DNA of 64,000 nt from Octopus vulgaris (taxonomy: Eukaryota). The notes beneath the pieces are model-generated. The model saw only the letters and a list, made by a program, of their open reading frames with translations. It did not search any database and had not been told where the DNA came from. Positions 61,448 through 64,000 of the stretch are shown here, piece by piece; positions within the stretch are counted from its first letter, which is position 1, and every line of letters starts with the position of its first letter. The stretch lies in NCBI GenBank assembly GCA_951406725.2, contig OX597814.1, positions 159,526,001-159,590,000 of the forward strand, written 5' to 3'. The position numbers were made by a program, and so were the translations under genes.

Positions 61448-61532
61448 CTTTCTACATATGTTTCAAAAATTCCACTGATACTTATTCAAAAGAATAAAAG
61501 GTATAAACAATGCAATCTTCTCTTCGGGAAAG
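61448..61532 (-). ncRNA. Hammerhead ribozyme-like motif in the Penelope pLTR
   Basis: Inverted copy of 63824-63908. Confidence 0.6.
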
Positions 61533-61733
61533 TGAAAAAACGAAACTTGTCAATACGACATTTTAGCAAAAAATGATGGATTCGTATAGCGATAGACAGA
61601 ACGCTATTAATATTGTTTAAAAAAACGTTATATGATATAACGTCATAAGTAGCTAACAGAAAGAGTAAGGATATTAATAGTGAATGTTAAATATAAAGGA
61701 AATTAAAGTCTAAACTATATATAATGATAGATA

Positions 61734-63505
61734 CTATTTATATGCACTAAAAGTATGTTTTTGCCAATGCTTACATCTGTATGCTCGTTCTATAACCGTG
61801 TTTACTAGAGTATTTTTAGAAAAAATAATGAAAAATAGCTCAGAATTGCAGAGAAGACAGAATTTCTTGCCTTTGTCATATGGTATCGAAATTGAGAGGA
61901 TCAACCATTCCAAATGAAATTGTTCATTGTGGTCTTTTAAATTCCAAATCAGTTTGCTGAGACCGGTACTATTCCGTTTATTTCTATCCCTAAATGTTGA
62001 GTAATGGATAGAAATTCTCTTAGATAACTCTAACGATGTGCTTCCAATGTAAAATCGTACTTTATTACGAGTACTGATTATACACTGGTATATAGAATTT
62101 TTAATCTTAGAGTTACTTGACATAAATTTAATTCTATTGGGATTGACTTCAGATACAATAACCTTGTTATTAATATTTCTAGAGGGTTGGATGGTAGTAG
62201 CTAAATTAATGTTAGTATTAGTAAATGTATTAATATTTAACAGTTTGTTATTATGAGAAGATATAATTTGCAAGAGATTTTTTGTGTTTGAAAAACCTAT
62301 CCTAACCTTATGTGAATTAATTATAGAGTAATATCTAGAATTATTTGGAAAATTCCTAGCAATAGCTTGACGAAACAGCAGTGGGAGATTAGATTTAATT
62401 TGTCTCCCGTAAGGAATTATTAACCAAATATTTTTACTAGTATTCATAGCGTAATTACTTTTGAAGGTGTTATATTTACTTTTAGATCGGTAATAGGGGA
62501 ATAAATAAGGGTTATCTGCCTTCATTCGCTTTGTATCGGTGCGTAAGTTATGTTTGTTACCAATAATTCTTTTACGACTAGAAATCTTATCTACATTATT
62601 GAATTTACAATTAGACTGAGCAGAATCAATGTAGAAAATTTTTTCTGTATAACCTGCTTTGATTAAGGCAGAGTTATAGAATTCAGCGTTATTATTGAAA
62701 ATATCAACATTAGCAGATAATTTAGATAATCTAAATGAAATATTCTTAACTAAATTCTTAGTAATTGCTCCAGGATGATTACTAAATTTGCTAATGTACT
62801 TAAGATTGGTCAACGGTTTATGATATGGGAAGTAAGAGTCACTGTGTAAATTAAGCGTAATATCTAAAAAGTTGGCCTTCGTCAGATCGTCATCAAAAAC
62901 GATTTTTAAGCCCATTCTACTGAAAAAATTAACTAAACTGTTCTTAACTTTTTGTACCTTTTGGTTAGAAACATTTTGGAGGTAAAGTAAACAATCATCA
63001 CGATATAGACCTCCATAAATGTTAGGGAACTCTTCTGCCATTTCAAAAAGAATATATATACAGACCAAATCAGCTATCTGTGCTGAATCAGAACTTCCCA
63101 TAGGTATATCGAAACTATCTGGTGTGTCTTTACGGACCCACAACTTTAATAATAGATCTTCTGGCTGCCAACACAACATTAATTTCTTCTCGGGTGAGAC
63201 CAGCTTTGTTATGAGCAAGCCAAAGTGCCTTATTAAGTACTATTGGATTAATAGACGAATAAAAATTGGAAATATCAAACTGGATAAACTTCGTACTCAC
63301 CTTACTGTTAATAGACCTAAACCAGTCAACTACGTCAAATGAATTAGTCCATAAACTAAGTTTTAATGTTTTGATTAGATTAGGAATATATTTATCTAGT
63401 ATATTTTTACTAAGGATACCGATGTCAGAGCTAGAAGGGCAGATAAGCCTTAATGATGGGTTAGTAAAAAAATTTGGTTTGTGATCCTTCAAAATAAAAC
63501 TAGGT
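61734..63505 (-). pseudogene. Penelope-like RT plus C-terminal GIY-YIG endonuclease, one frameshift near 63145
   Basis: FDISNFYSSI, FDIPMGSSDSAQIADLV, GLYRDD and FLDITL (RT); SIYQC..FYIGST..KRISIH (GIY-YIG); terminal CLLC..E..CKH. Confidence 0.9.
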
Positions 63506-63823
63506 TGCAATTCTGAGCTATTTTTCATTATTTTTTCTAAAAATACTCTAGTAAACACGGTTATAGAACGAGCATACAGATGTAAGCATTGGCAAAAACA
63601 TACTTTTAGTGCATATAAATAGTATCTATCATTATATATAGTTTAGACTTTAATTTCCTTTATATTTAACATTCACTATTAATATCCTTACTCTTTCTGT
63701 TAGCTACTTATGACGTTATATCATATAACGTTTTTTTAAACAATATTAATAGCGTTCTGTCTATCGCTATACGAATCCATCATTTTTTGCTAAAATGTCG
63801 TATTGACAAGTTTCGTTTTTTCA

Positions 63824-63908
63824 CTTTCCCGAAGAGAAGATTGCATTGTTTATACCTTTTATTCTTTTGAATAAGTATCAGTGGAATTTTTGAAACATAT
63901 GTAGAAAG
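63824..63908 (+). ncRNA. Hammerhead ribozyme-like motif in the inverted Penelope pLTR
   Basis: CTTTC ccgaaga [gaagattgcattg..cagtggaattttt] GAAAC ATAT GTA GAAAG: stem I ctttc/gaaag, long stem II, palindromic stem III, GUA cleavage triplet. Confidence 0.62.
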
Positions 63909-63951
63909 AAAAAAATACTTGTTTAAACCTGCGTTAACTCCATTTTTTATT

Positions 63952-64000
<49 letters not shown>

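Larger units (their letters stand above)
61252..63956 (-). mobile_element. Penelope-like retroelement, 5'-truncated, with inverted pLTR, inserted in (TA)n
   Basis: 61402-61850 is repeated in inverted orientation at 63506-63956, almost identical; TA tracts on both sides. Confidence 0.92.

Overview
AT-rich, microsatellite- and transposon-dense animal genomic DNA, almost certainly a cephalopod and most likely an Octopus species (reflectin gene plus octopus-type tRNA SINEs). The only clear host protein-coding gene is a minus-strand reflectin. Its CDS is 48183-46918 (421 aa, N-terminal reflectin motif plus 7 repeat motifs). I infer a TATA/Inr promoter and a non-coding first exon at about 52243-52182, and a polyA signal at about 46800. 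By hand count this reflectin is unusually His-rich and net acidic. Most of the rest is mobile DNA. Retroelements: a young CR1-group LINE, RTE fragments, Gypsy integrase relics, several tRNA-SINE families, and a Penelope-like element with inverted pLTRs. DNA transposons: mariner, pogo/Tigger, hAT and Chapaev3-like copies plus a non-autonomous Helitron. Hammerhead-ribozyme (HHR) folds recur across the window: in the Penelope pLTRs and in several short non-autonomous families. One of these joins a tRNA-derived Pol III head to an HHR. A roughly 18-19 kb-offset segmental duplication carries a putative promoter/first exon and a possible coding exon of an unidentified gene. All calls come from reading the sequence only, with no database searches; repeat boundaries are approximate.
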